Source: Planctomycetota bacterium (GTDB lineage: Bacteria > Planctomycetota > Planctomycetia > JALXBF01). Taken from it: 34,652 nucleotides of DNA. Of the stretch, positions 15,485 through 25,092 are shown piece by piece. The notes beneath the pieces were generated by a model. That model was not told the DNA's origin and searched no databases. It saw only the letters and a list, made by a program, of their open reading frames with translations. The stretch covers positions 62,001 to 96,652 of the forward strand of contig JALXBF010000183.1 in NCBI GenBank assembly GCA_026991575.1, in the 5' to 3' direction. The position numbers were made by a program, and so were the translations under genes. Within the stretch, counting starts at the first letter, position 1. Each line of letters starts with the position of its first letter.

Positions 15485-18262
15485 TCAGCGCGACGCCGGT
15501 TTCAGAGGAGCAGCTACGGCGTACGGGGAATAGCCCGGGAGCAGGCGGTCCACGAACAGGGGGCTACCGTCTGTATCGTAGACCAGCACCGGCTTTGCGG
15601 GCCCAAATGGCCACCCCGCCGCCCAGATCAGCGGGTCGTCGACCGAGACGGACGCATGCGGAGACGTTCGGGTGCCCAGGACGAGGTCGAACCGAAGCGA
15701 GGTCCGCCGAGGTCGTCGTGCCTTGTCAGGTGCCAGGCCGTCCGGCGACAGCCGGACGTCCCATAGCACCTCATCTGCGAAGAGCGAACCGGGCACCGAC
15801 AGATCCGCGATCGTTGTCGGCAGCCTGTCGTGGGATAGCTGGTAGCGACGAGCCGCGACAGAGGCGACCGCTACCCGAAGCGCACGCTCAGCAACCCAGC
15901 TGGCCACGACCGCGCGTCGGAAGGAGTCGGCAAGGTCCTCGAGGAACTGCGCTTCGGCGGCGTTCAACAACGGGTGGTCCTGGTTTGCGGGGTCCGAAAG
16001 TGTCCGGTGGAAGAACTGTTCGGGACGAGATGCTGAGAGGCGACGCAGACGCGGCAGCCGGCCGGGTCCGGTGGCGATCCCGCGGTTCTGCCAGATCGTC
16101 TCGGTGTAGTTCAGAACATCGTCCAATAGCGCGCTGGCCAACGCAGCGAGTCTGCGACGCTCACACGGCAGAAAGCTCAGCGGCATGAATCGCCTGACAA
16201 GAACGAGCGACTCAGCCGCTGAGGCTCGAAGACTCCTCTGGATCAGTTCGGCTGGCCAGCGCCGTGCCAGTAGCGTTTGTGACAGTTGCTCAAGCACCTC
16301 CTCCGGCACCGCTTCCGTACTCCAGACCATGGCCACGATCAAGCTCAGGCACCTGATCCTCGCCGCGGCTGCGGCAACGGGCGAGGTCGCACGGGTGCGA
16401 ACTGCTGCATCAGCCACCGCAAGGGCGAGGTCCATCACCGAGACGGCCGTCCGATAGTGTCCCTCAAGCCAGAGCGCGGCCGCGTAGTGCCAGAGCAAAC
16501 CGTCAACTGCCCAAGGGCTCCTTAGCCGTTGCGGTTCGTGTTGGAGTTCCTCTATCCACTGGTTCAGCCGGTGGCGGTCGTCGGGATGCTCCTCGAGGAA
16601 GCGGAGAAGAGTTCTGCCTGCTTTCTGCCATTGATCGGCCTGAGGCACGGCGCTGATTCCGGCGCGCTTGCTCAACGCTAACAACTCGGCCTCGACCGCG
16701 GCGGGTCGGTGTTCCGCGGTGTAGGCCGTCGCGGCTGCCTCGGAGGCCAGTGCGGCTGCGAGTCGCGCAAGCTCCTTCGGCAAGGGGAAGTGCCGGTAGG
16801 AAGCGTACACGGCGTATTGCGCAAGCAGCGACCCGGCGATCACCAGCACAACGGCGACCGGTGCCCAACGCGGACGCCGGCCGTCGAACCGGCAGCGGCT
16901 TTGCCACCAGGCCGCCGGCCAGAGGAGGACGGTGACCGCAGCGAGAGGCAAGGGGAGCACATGGTTGTAGGCTGCCATGAGGACCAGAGCAGCCTGAAGG
17001 ACGGCCATCGGGATGCCTGCGCACGCGGCGTAGATCATGCGGCCGGTCAGCGACACGGCGAGCAGGCCGGTGCTGAATCCGGCTAAGGCGCACGAGAGGG
17101 CAAGCGTTCCGATAGGCAACGGGCTGCTGGTCGTGGCCCACAGTTCCGTATTCAGCCTATAAGTGGTCGGCCTAACGGCAGCGGGGTTTGCCGGCACCAC
17201 GCCGACGATCACCGACAACAGCATGCCCAGCGCAAGCCACCAGATACAGCGCACGGCAAGCAGCGTGCGCAGTTGGACGCCGCAGTCCCGAAGCAGTTGG
17301 AGGCTGCCCTGAGCGAGTTCACCCCGCCACACGGCAATGCCGCAGCCGAAGCCGACTGCGGTCGCCCAGGTGGCCGCGACAATCGACAGAGGGCTGGTCG
17401 CGGCGCCAAACGACAGCGCGGTGGCCGGCAGGTCGGCTGCCAGTAGCAGAGCGATTGCCAGGCACGCAGCCAGAGCAAGTGCCACGACGGCAGCCAAGCC
17501 GGCCGGAGCCAGCCGCAGTTCTAACCAGGCCAGTGCGGCCAACGGTCGTGCTGGGCCGGGCACCGCTACAGCCGTCGTTGTCGGCGCGCTCTCATGTCGA
17601 TGAAGGCGGCGCAGCAACAGTAGCGCGACGGCCAGCGGGATGAGGATTGCCGTCGGCCCCCGCCAGCTGTCGCGCAACGGCGCCAGCATGACCGCAGTGG
17701 CCACCCACAGCAGCGTACCGGCAACCATTGCCGCAGCGGCTTGCCGCATCAGCAGGCCGCCGACCAGGCCCCACAGGCCCCCCTGAAGCAGGACTCCCAC
17801 GGCAAACCAAACCTGGTACCGAAAAGCCGGCGGGTTGCTGGCGCGCTGGGGGAGCACGTCCAGTTCGGCTGCCTGACCGACGGCAATGAGCAATCCCATC
17901 GCAGCGGCAAGCACCAGCGTGCTCAGCGTCGTCCAGAAGAGCTTGCCGGTCAAGACTTGCCAGCGAGTTGCCCCGGCAACGAGCAGCAACTGCTCGGTGC
18001 CATGTTCGCTTTCCTCCGAGACAGCTGCGGCCGTCAGCGCCAGCGCATGGGCACCCATTAGCCAGACGGCGAGCGTCACCGGGCTAAGCGGTGACGGGAA
18101 CCCGTAACTGCGTTGGAGGACCGATGTCAGCACGGCCGCCAGCCAGACCAGCAGCAGGCTGACCGTCACCGGCCAGTAGCTGCGCGCTTCCTTCCACACA
18201 AGCGCGCTGAGCCAGTGTGGCTCACTTGGCGGCGCCGCGGACGAAGCCGTCAACGGGTTCAT
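15485..18262 (-). CDS. Large ABC-2-type permease (duplicated TM module plus long C-terminal soluble domain)
   Basis: LVWKEAR and EESEHGTEQLLL...RWQVLTGK ABC-2 hallmarks, echoed at about aa 240 onward (LAWLELR...GELAQGSLQLL); ATGA overlap with the ATPase stop. Confidence 0.75.
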   Translation of the reverse strand: MNPLTASSAAPPSEPHWLSALVWKEARSYWPVTVSLLLVWLAAVLTSVLQRSYGFPSPLSPVTLAVWLMGAHALALTAAAVSEESEHGTEQLLLVAGATRWQVLTGKLFWTTLSTLVLAAAMGLLIAVGQAAELDVLPQRASNPPAFRYQVWFAVGVLLQGGLWGLVGGLLMRQAAAAMVAGTLLWVATAVMLAPLRDSWRGPTAILIPLAVALLLLRRLHRHESAPTTTAVAVPGPARPLAALAWLELRLAPAGLAAVVALALAACLAIALLLAADLPATALSFGAATSPLSIVAATWATAVGFGCGIAVWRGELAQGSLQLLRDCGVQLRTLLAVRCIWWLALGMLLSVIVGVVPANPAAVRPTTYRLNTELWATTSSPLPIGTLALSCALAGFSTGLLAVSLTGRMIYAACAGIPMAVLQAALVLMAAYNHVLPLPLAAVTVLLWPAAWWQSRCRFDGRRPRWAPVAVVLVIAGSLLAQYAVYASYRHFPLPKELARLAAALASEAAATAYTAEHRPAAVEAELLALSKRAGISAVPQADQWQKAGRTLLRFLEEHPDDRHRLNQWIEELQHEPQRLRSPWAVDGLLWHYAAALWLEGHYRTAVSVMDLALAVADAAVRTRATSPVAAAAARIRCLSLIVAMVWSTEAVPEEVLEQLSQTLLARRWPAELIQRSLRASAAESLVLVRRFMPLSFLPCERRRLAALASALLDDVLNYTETIWQNRGIATGPGRLPRLRRLSASRPEQFFHRTLSDPANQDHPLLNAAEAQFLEDLADSFRRAVVASWVAERALRVAVASVAARRYQLSHDRLPTTIADLSVPGSLFADEVLWDVRLSPDGLAPDKARRPRRTSLRFDLVLGTRTSPHASVSVDDPLIWAAGWPFGPAKPVLVYDTDGSPLFVDRLLPGYSPYAVAAPLKPASR

Positions 18263-19260
18263 CTCCGATCTGACTCCCCGGTTGGCTCTGTGGCTGACGA
18301 TTCAGAACCCGCCGTCGGGGGCGCCGGCTGCTGAGTGTGATCACCGGCGCCCCGCGACGTCCCCGACAGTGCCCCGCTGATGGCCGCCAGGAAAACATCT
18401 TCCAGCGTGGCGGCCGACACGGACGTTGCGGTCACACCTTCGGCTCGCTCAGCCCGGGCCTCCACGTGTTCAGCCCAGTCGACGATGAGCAGGTCGGCAA
18501 TGCGGCCCGTGCGCCGGTGTGCGACGACAGTCGGGCCAAGATCGGGCAACGCGGTCCGGTCATCGCGCAGCACCAGCCGAAGCCACCGGAATCTCGCCAG
18601 AAGATCTCGAAGGGGAGCAACGACCACCAGCTGACCTTCGTGTAGAATCGCCACGACATCGGCTACCCGCTCCACCTCGTGGATCTCATGACTGGCCAGC
18701 AGGACGGTACGTCCGGTGGCGGCAAAGTCCACCATGCTCTCCAGAAACTCACGACGAACCGCTGCATCCATGCCCCCTGTGGGCTCATCAAGCACCAGCA
18801 GTGGCGGATCGGCGGCCGTGGCCAGGCAGAGCGAAACGAGTGCCCGCTGACCGCGTGATAGCGTGCGCAGCGGTCGGTTGCCGGGCACACCGAAGCGGTC
18901 CAATTCTGAAAGGAACCGACTCAGGTAGCCGTCCGTGCGAAACGATGACAGGAGCCAACCTGTCTCTGCAGCTGTCATCCACTCATAGAATCGTGGCCGT
19001 TCCGGGACGTAGCCGATTTGCCGCCGAATCCGGATGGCATCGCGGCGTGGGTCCAGCCCAAGGACTCGGGCGGTTCCTCGGTCAGCAGCGACCAGACCGA
19101 GCAACACGTGGAGCAATGTGGTCTTGCCGGCGCCGTTTTCGCCCAGGAGGGCGAAAACAGTGCCCGGCTCGACGCAAAACGACACGTCCCGCAGCGCCTG
19201 CACCGTGCCGAAGCGTTTCGTGATATGCTCGACTGTTACGGCCGGATCACGGCTGGACAC
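18259..19260 (-). CDS. ABC transporter ATP-binding protein (YtrB-like)
   Basis: Walker A GENGAGKTT, signature LSRGQ, Walker B LLVLDEP, H-loop ASH. Confidence 0.95.
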   Translation of the reverse strand: MSSRDPAVTVEHITKRFGTVQALRDVSFCVEPGTVFALLGENGAGKTTLLHVLLGLVAADRGTARVLGLDPRRDAIRIRRQIGYVPERPRFYEWMTAAETGWLLSSFRTDGYLSRFLSELDRFGVPGNRPLRTLSRGQRALVSLCLATAADPPLLVLDEPTGGMDAAVRREFLESMVDFAATGRTVLLASHEIHEVERVADVVAILHEGQLVVVAPLRDLLARFRWLRLVLRDDRTALPDLGPTVVAHRRTGRIADLLIVDWAEHVEARAERAEGVTATSVSAATLEDVFLAAISGALSGTSRGAGDHTQQPAPPTAGSESSATEPTGESDRR

Positions 19261-19688
19261 TAGCTCGCTCCTCCGCCCTGCTCGGGCCGTTCGCTACGGC
19301 GATGTTCTTGGCCGTTGAGCGTCGCCATGAGATCGCGGAGCATGGTCTTGAGTTCCTGCGGGGTGATGCCACTGCGCAGCGCGTCACGCAGAGCCGACTC
19401 CAGGCGTCGCCGCACGAACTCGTCCCGCTGACGCCGGCATCGCTCGCGGACACCCTCAGCGACGGCCAGGCCCGTGCCACGCACGGGTTGGAGGATGCCC
19501 TGGTCCTGTAGTTGGCGGTAGGCCCGCTGGACCGTGTTCGGGTTGACCAGGAGCTCTCGCGAGACTTCACGGACAGAGGGCACCAGCTCTCCCGGCTGCA
19601 GGAGCCCGTCGGCAACGGCCGAGACGACCTGCCGCACGATCTGCTCGTAGATCGGCACGTCATCTTGGAGATCAAGCCGGAAGATCAT
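19260..19688 (-). CDS. GntR family transcriptional regulator, YtrA subfamily
   Basis: PIYEQIV, LQPGELVPSVRE, VNPNTVQRAYRQL, RGTG; short helical C-terminus; first gene of an ABC operon. Confidence 0.95.
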   Translation of the reverse strand: MIFRLDLQDDVPIYEQIVRQVVSAVADGLLQPGELVPSVREVSRELLVNPNTVQRAYRQLQDQGILQPVRGTGLAVAEGVRERCRRQRDEFVRRRLESALRDALRSGITPQELKTMLRDLMATLNGQEHRRSERPEQGGGAS

Positions 19689-19715
19689 GGGGCCCTCCCG
19701 TGTCCCAGTTCACTA

Positions 19716-19746
19716 GTGTTATAGCATGGTAGAACACCCCCGTCAA
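19716..19746 (-). promoter_or_regulatory. Sigma70-type promoter overlapped by a palindromic operator (probable YtrA-type autorepression site)
   Basis: Minus strand TTGACG (19746-19741), 17 nt, TATAAC (19723-19718) preceded by TGn; overlapping imperfect palindrome GTGTTCTA-N6-TATAACAC (19716-19737). Confidence 0.8.
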
Positions 19747-20245
19747 GTCCGCGCGTACTCTACGAACCGATCGATTCCAGCCGGACCAGCGGGCGTTCCC
19801 TCGCAACGGACCGTGCGTGCGGTGCTCATGGGACAGCGGGCAGCAAGCGCCGGGGGAGCGATGGACACACAGCCCCAGCGTTTCCTGGAGGGCGTCTGGC
19901 CAGGATGGTGGCACTATGCGGAGGAGCTATTTGGAGCAGCTCCGGAACAGGGGGACGGCTCGGCCCTTGCGTGCGCGACCCGGAGCGGGCCGTCGCAGCG
20001 CGAAGCGGGGGACTGGTGGACGGGTGCTCCCGAGCGGGGCCAGCCCGGGCGGGTGCCGGTCGGGTAGAGTCGGTGAGGGAGCGCACAGGGGGACATTTTC
20101 CCGAACGCAAGGCTGCCTGAACCGCGGCCGCATGGTATTTTTTCCGCGCGGTGCCTCGGCCGGGACCGCCAATAGCCTGCACCGTTAAGGCGCAGCGTGC
20201 TAGGATGGGAAGCACGACGAAGCTGCAGCGAGAGGAGTGCCTACC

Positions 20246-22327
20246 ATGCGCCAAAGCCGTTCCTGGACAGATCGTCTCTTGTTGATCGCGGCTGTTGCGG
20301 TGCTTCCGAGCGTAGTCGGTTTTTGGGTCGTCGCCTCTCACGACGGGGCCTCATGGGCGGCGCCGCCTGCCGATCGCGGTGGTGTCCACCTCGAGCTTCT
20401 GTATGAGGACCCGAAAGCGTTCTTCGAGGGCCCGGCGTGGGACCCGGTGACCGGCACGCTGTACTTTACCGCCTTCTATCGCGGCAACAGCAAGGTCCTG
20501 GCCTGGCGCGATGGCAAGGTGTTCACTGTCATCGATGAGTCCAAGGGCATCAACGGGTTGTTCGTGTCCCGGCGCGGTGGGCTGATCGGGTGCCAGGGCC
20601 AGACCGGCAGAATCGTCCGGATTACGTTTGACGAGAATGGCCGGCCCGAGCTTCGGGTTGTGGCTGACGGCTATGGTGGCCAGAGGTTCCAGCGACCGAA
20701 CGATCTGGTCGAGGACGCTCGCGGCGGCATCTACTTCACGGATCCCGCCCCTGACCCGGCGAAGAGCGCCGTCTACTACATCCGGCCCGACGGGGCGGTT
20801 GAGCGGCTGATCACCGGGCTGGCCTTTCCCAACGGCATCTACGTTGCCAAAGGGGGCCATCATCTGTTGATTTCTGAGAGTCGTCAGAAGTGGGTGCATC
20901 GCTATCGGATTGATCCGGTTAGCGGCGCGGTCGTCGGGAAAGGGGAGCGGTTCTTTAAGCCCAAGGATGGCAGGGACGAGCCGTGCGACGGGATGACCAT
21001 GGACCAGCACGGCAATTACTACTTCACCGGTTGGGGGGGCGTGTGGGTGGTGAGCCCCGGTGGCAAGCTGCTGGAGCGGATCCCCGTCCCGGAGTTCGTG
21101 TCCAACGTGACCTTTGGGGGGCCCGAAGGCAAGACCTTGTATCTGACCTGTCGGGGCAAAGTCTACGCCGTGCGTCGTGCGGTGAAGGGCTGGGAGCCGG
21201 CGTCGCGGCACCGCTTCACGGGCAAGGAGCCGTTGAAGTTTAGGGTCGTGCAGCTCGATACGCACTTCCGCGCCGAGGGAGTGGCGGTGGCCGACGTTGA
21301 TCGTGATGGCCGCATGGACGTGCTGGCCGGCGAAGTCTGGTACCGGGCTCCTGACTGGAAGCGGTACGAGATCGCTCCGCCTGGCCAGTACGACCCGCGG
21401 CGCGGTTACAGCGAGTGCTTTGGCGGCTTTGCCGACGATTTCAACGGCGATGGCTACCCTGATTTCCTCTCCATTCCGTTTCCGGGCAAGGCGTGTTACT
21501 GGTACGAGAATCCGCGCGATCCGAACAAGCACTGGCCGAAGCATCTGGTCTGGCACAGCTCGACCAACGAGACGCCCATCTACGGCCGCTTGCTAGCCAC
21601 GGGCAAGCAGCTGGTGATGGGCTGGCAGCCACGAGGCGAGCAGCGCAACGGTTATATGGCCTACTTCATCCCGCGGGGTCCCGAGGCGAACTCCTGGCAG
21701 GAGCACACCATTGATGGCCCGGGCGTGCCAGGTACATTCCGCTTCTACCACGGGCTCGGCATTGGCGACGTCAACGGCGATGGCCGCAACGACGTGATCA
21801 TCCCGGACGGCTGGTGGGAGCAACCGGAGGATCCGGCCAGCTCGCCGTGGCCCTTCCACCGCGCGCCGCTTGGCCCCCCCTGTGCAAACATGTACGCCTA
21901 CGACCTCAACGGTGACGGCCTCAACGACATCATCAGCAGTTCTGCGCACGGTTACGGCATCTGGTGGTTCGAACAGAGGCGAACTGCGGATGGGGCGATC
22001 CAGTGGGTGCAGCATCTGATCGACGATTCCTATTCCCAGACCCACGCGCTCCTTCTGGTCGACATGGACGGCGACGGTACGAAGGACTTGGTAACCGGCA
22101 AACGCTACTTTGCACACCAGGGTCGGGACCCCGGCGGATTCGAGCCCGTGGTGCTGTACTGGTACCGCGTCAGCCGCAAGGGGAATCAACCGGTGTTTGA
22201 GCGGCACCTGATCGCGCTAGGCGTCGGGATCGGCACCCAGTTTACTGTGACCGACATCAACGGCGACGGCAAGCTTGACATCGCCGTGGCGAATAAACGC
22301 GGGGTACATGTTGTTCTCCAGCAATAA
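20246..22327 (+). CDS. Exported SMP-30/gluconolactonase domain fused to an FG-GAP/VCBS repeat domain
   Basis: EGPAWD, RPNDL, IYFTDP, PNGI, DGMTMD, SNVTFGG; then repeated DxDGDG motifs (DVDRDGRMD, DFNGDGYPD, DVNGDGRND, DLNGDGLND, DMDGDGTKD, DINGDGKLD); GAGGAG before ATG 20246. Confidence 0.88.
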   Translation: MRQSRSWTDRLLLIAAVAVLPSVVGFWVVASHDGASWAAPPADRGGVHLELLYEDPKAFFEGPAWDPVTGTLYFTAFYRGNSKVLAWRDGKVFTVIDESKGINGLFVSRRGGLIGCQGQTGRIVRITFDENGRPELRVVADGYGGQRFQRPNDLVEDARGGIYFTDPAPDPAKSAVYYIRPDGAVERLITGLAFPNGIYVAKGGHHLLISESRQKWVHRYRIDPVSGAVVGKGERFFKPKDGRDEPCDGMTMDQHGNYYFTGWGGVWVVSPGGKLLERIPVPEFVSNVTFGGPEGKTLYLTCRGKVYAVRRAVKGWEPASRHRFTGKEPLKFRVVQLDTHFRAEGVAVADVDRDGRMDVLAGEVWYRAPDWKRYEIAPPGQYDPRRGYSECFGGFADDFNGDGYPDFLSIPFPGKACYWYENPRDPNKHWPKHLVWHSSTNETPIYGRLLATGKQLVMGWQPRGEQRNGYMAYFIPRGPEANSWQEHTIDGPGVPGTFRFYHGLGIGDVNGDGRNDVIIPDGWWEQPEDPASSPWPFHRAPLGPPCANMYAYDLNGDGLNDIISSSAHGYGIWWFEQRRTADGAIQWVQHLIDDSYSQTHALLLVDMDGDGTKDLVTGKRYFAHQGRDPGGFEPVVLYWYRVSRKGNQPVFERHLIALGVGIGTQFTVTDINGDGKLDIAVANKRGVHVVLQQ

Positions 22328-22329
22328 CT

Positions 22330-22349
22330 CGCCCGGTGGGCCACTGCCG
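22330..22349 (+). repeat. Dispersed 20-nt intergenic repeat, copy 2
   Basis: CGCCCGGTGGGCCACTGCCG, 19/20 identical to 10461-10480. Confidence 0.5.
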
Positions 22350-22433
22350 GGGCTGCCCGCGTTGAGCGGGGGAGCTGGGCTGGCGCGCTAGTGGTATTCT
22401 GATCGGGACTCGGTTTGTTCAGGAGAGCGTGAC

Positions 22434-24191
22434 ATGGCAGGTTGGTCTGTCTCGAGAGGCCTCCGCGCAGCGGTGGCCACGGTCGTGGCGCTCGTTACCG
22501 TCGTCGGAACGTCTGTTGCGGCCGAGTGGGGGCGCTTTCTGCCGGAAGACTGCGATGTGGCGATCGTGGTCAAGGGCACGGAACCGGTCCTACGCGCCGT
22601 CGAAGCGTATGGCGATCAGATCCTGGCGGGCCTGGGGCTCCAGATCCGCTCGTCGCTGGAGCTGGCACTGGCCACCGCACTGGGGACATCCCAGTGGGAT
22701 GGCCTGGCAGAGAACGGCGTAGTTCTGTTTGCCTACGACGACGCCCGGCAGCTGACCAGTGCTCGGGCATCGTGGATTGCAGCGCAGGTGGCGAACTACG
22801 AGCTGTTCATCCGGTCTCTTTTTCCGATCGGGGACGACGCCGCTGGCGAGACCGAGCAGCTCGACGGGCCAATCACTCGTATCACGTATGCCGGAAAGGC
22901 CTATTTCGTCGCCAAGGTTGACGATTTCGCGGTGATCGCGCGCAACGAGGCCACTTTACGATCCCTGCTTGCCGGCAAGCTGAAGCGTCCTGTCCTTGCT
23001 CCAGCTGCTGCGGACGTACTCCAGCAGCACGTTTTCGGGGTCTACGCCAACGTGCGCCGGCTGCTGAAGCGGTTTGAAGGCGAGCTGGAGATGGTCAAAG
23101 CCCAGTTGCAGTTGATGGCACAGCTGGCTGCCCAGCAGCAGCAACAGCAGGTCGACGGCCAGCCGCAACTGGGGCAAGCGCAGGAGCTAGCGGGTACGTT
23201 TGGAGATTTCATCGCGCGGCTCGGCGAGGTCTCCTACGTCACGTTTGGTGCCAGCGCGGCCGGCGGTTTGTTGACAGCTGACATAGCCGTGCAACCGGTA
23301 GCAGACAGCAAACTTGCTGAGTTCATTGGCTCCGTAGGGAAGCAGGTCGACACATCTGAGCTTGAGCAGCTTCCGGCGGGCGCACACGCGTACTACGCGT
23401 TCCCACTGACCGATTCGGCTGCGGCTACGTGGGCCAGCTGGTTGATTCCCTATGACGCACAGCACTTGCAGCGTCGACTCTGGCAGGAGCACCTAGAGGA
23501 ACTGGCTCGTGCGGGTCTTCGGTCGGTTCTGGAAGCGATCTGGCTCGATCCTGAAGAGGGGATCCGATCGCTGGTCGTCGTGCGCACTGAGGATGCCAGA
23601 GCCGGCGCGGAGGCGATGACGAGATGGTACGAGGACCTTGCCAAAGATGCGGGCAAGGGAAAGGGGCCCTACAAGTCGGTCGTCGTGCGCCGTGGTGCCG
23701 TTCTGGTTGGCGATGCCACGCTGGATGAAATCAAGGCAACGCTGTCTGACCAGCTCCTGGAGACGCTGCGCCAGATCGAGCAGGCTACTGGCGGCGGCGG
23801 CGTTCGGCTTGTCCGCGCCGAGCAGGTGGTGCTTGTCGGAGCGGTGGCAGGGCACGTGGTCCTGGTGACTGCCTCCAGCCGCGACGCTGCGGTGTCGACC
23901 ATCGAGCAGTTCATGGCGGATACGCAGCGGTTGTCGCGTGACCCAGCAGCAGCAAACGTGCTGAAGGCCTTGGGCGGCAAGAGTGCTGGCGCGTTGCTGA
24001 TGGATGTAGGCCGGCTGGCCGGAGCGTACATGGCTCAAGCGCCGATCGTGCAGCCGGCGTACTTGGGGCTGTCCGGGCGAATGGTTGACGCCACTGCCAC
24101 GGTTCGGCTGGTGCTGCCTGCCGCTTCCATCACCCAAGTGCTCCAGATCGGGGCGGCAGCCCTCGGAGGCCAGGCTCCCCTGGTTGACTAG
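22434..24191 (+). CDS. Exported hypothetical protein, paralog A
   Basis: 585-aa ORF with signal peptide and AGGAG RBS; TGnTATTCT extended -10 at 22392-22400; shares motifs with 26094-27794. Confidence 0.8.
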   Translation: MAGWSVSRGLRAAVATVVALVTVVGTSVAAEWGRFLPEDCDVAIVVKGTEPVLRAVEAYGDQILAGLGLQIRSSLELALATALGTSQWDGLAENGVVLFAYDDARQLTSARASWIAAQVANYELFIRSLFPIGDDAAGETEQLDGPITRITYAGKAYFVAKVDDFAVIARNEATLRSLLAGKLKRPVLAPAAADVLQQHVFGVYANVRRLLKRFEGELEMVKAQLQLMAQLAAQQQQQQVDGQPQLGQAQELAGTFGDFIARLGEVSYVTFGASAAGGLLTADIAVQPVADSKLAEFIGSVGKQVDTSELEQLPAGAHAYYAFPLTDSAAATWASWLIPYDAQHLQRRLWQEHLEELARAGLRSVLEAIWLDPEEGIRSLVVVRTEDARAGAEAMTRWYEDLAKDAGKGKGPYKSVVVRRGAVLVGDATLDEIKATLSDQLLETLRQIEQATGGGGVRLVRAEQVVLVGAVAGHVVLVTASSRDAAVSTIEQFMADTQRLSRDPAAANVLKALGGKSAGALLMDVGRLAGAYMAQAPIVQPAYLGLSGRMVDATATVRLVLPAASITQVLQIGAAALGGQAPLVD

Positions 24192-24429
24192 CCGTTCGGC
24201 CCGCTGCCCAGAGCAGTTCCGAGTGGCGCCGCTGGCCCTGGCGGCACGCGTTGGCCATCTTGGGTGCCGGGTAGCGGTACCGATCGCGGCCGTTGCCCGG
24301 TGCCTGCCGCACTGCCCTCTGCGTCGTTCCCCCTGAGCGCGCGTAGAATGTACGCATCCGGTGGTGGGCCGCGGGCGCGTGGCTCGCGGCACGAGTTCCT
24401 GCGGTTGGCCCAACGACGGGGGAAGAGCT

Positions 24430-25050
24430 ATGGCGTATACGCTTCCCGAGCTGCCCTACCCGTACGATGCGCTGGAGCCGCACATCGATCGCACGACGAT
24501 GGAGATCCACCACACCCGCCACCACAAGGGCTATGTGGATAACCTGAACAAAGCGATCGAAAAGGCTCCTGCGGAGTTCCAGAACCTTGCCATCGAGGAC
24601 CTGCTCCGGCAAATTGATCGCATTCCCGAGGAGATTCGCACGGCGGTGCGCAACCACGGCGGCGGCCACGCGAACCACAGCCTTTTCTGGGTGATCATGT
24701 CACCGCAGGGGGGAGGCCAACCCAGCGGGCCGCTGGCCGATGCGATCAACCGGACCTTCGGCAGCTTCGACGCGTTCAAGGAGAAGTTCACGGCTACGGC
24801 CGTCGGGCACTTCGGGTCCGGATGGGGCTGGCTTTGTGTCGACGGTTCAGGCAACCTGATCGTGAAATCCACCCCGAACCAGGACAGCCCCTACATGGAA
24901 GGGCTGACCCCGATCCTTGGCATCGACGTCTGGGAGCACGCTTACTACTTGAAGTACCAGAACAAGCGTGCCGAGTACGTGAACAACTGGTGGAACGTGG
25001 TGAATTGGTCAGAAGTGCAGCGCCGCTACGAGGCGTGCGCGAAGTCGTAG
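24430..25050 (+). CDS. sodA: Superoxide dismutase, Mn-type signature
   Basis: [57 protein letters not shown] -10 at 24344-24349. Confidence 0.97.
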   Translation: MAYTLPELPYPYDALEPHIDRTTMEIHHTRHHKGYVDNLNKAIEKAPAEFQNLAIEDLLRQIDRIPEEIRTAVRNHGGGHANHSLFWVIMSPQGGGQPSGPLADAINRTFGSFDAFKEKFTATAVGHFGSGWGWLCVDGSGNLIVKSTPNQDSPYMEGLTPILGIDVWEHAYYLKYQNKRAEYVNNWWNVVNWSEVQRRYEACAKS

Positions 25051-25092
25051 GCTGCGAAGCTCTCTGTGTGCGACCAGGTAGGCAGATTCGCG

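Noticed and set aside
21290..22290. Repeated GAC-N-AACGGCGA(C/T)GGC DNA motifs as a possible CRISPR or tandem array
   Set aside because: Irregular spacing; they encode the FG-GAP DxNGDG loops within a CDS.
24322..24429. Alternative pairing that could sequester the sodA RBS (TTCCCCC/GGGGGAA versus CGTCGTT/AACGACG), suggesting a Mn riboswitch or thermometer
   Set aside because: The upstream strand lies 5' of the probable -10 (TAGAAT 24344-24349), so it is likely absent from the sodA transcript, and no yybP-ykoY consensus is visible.
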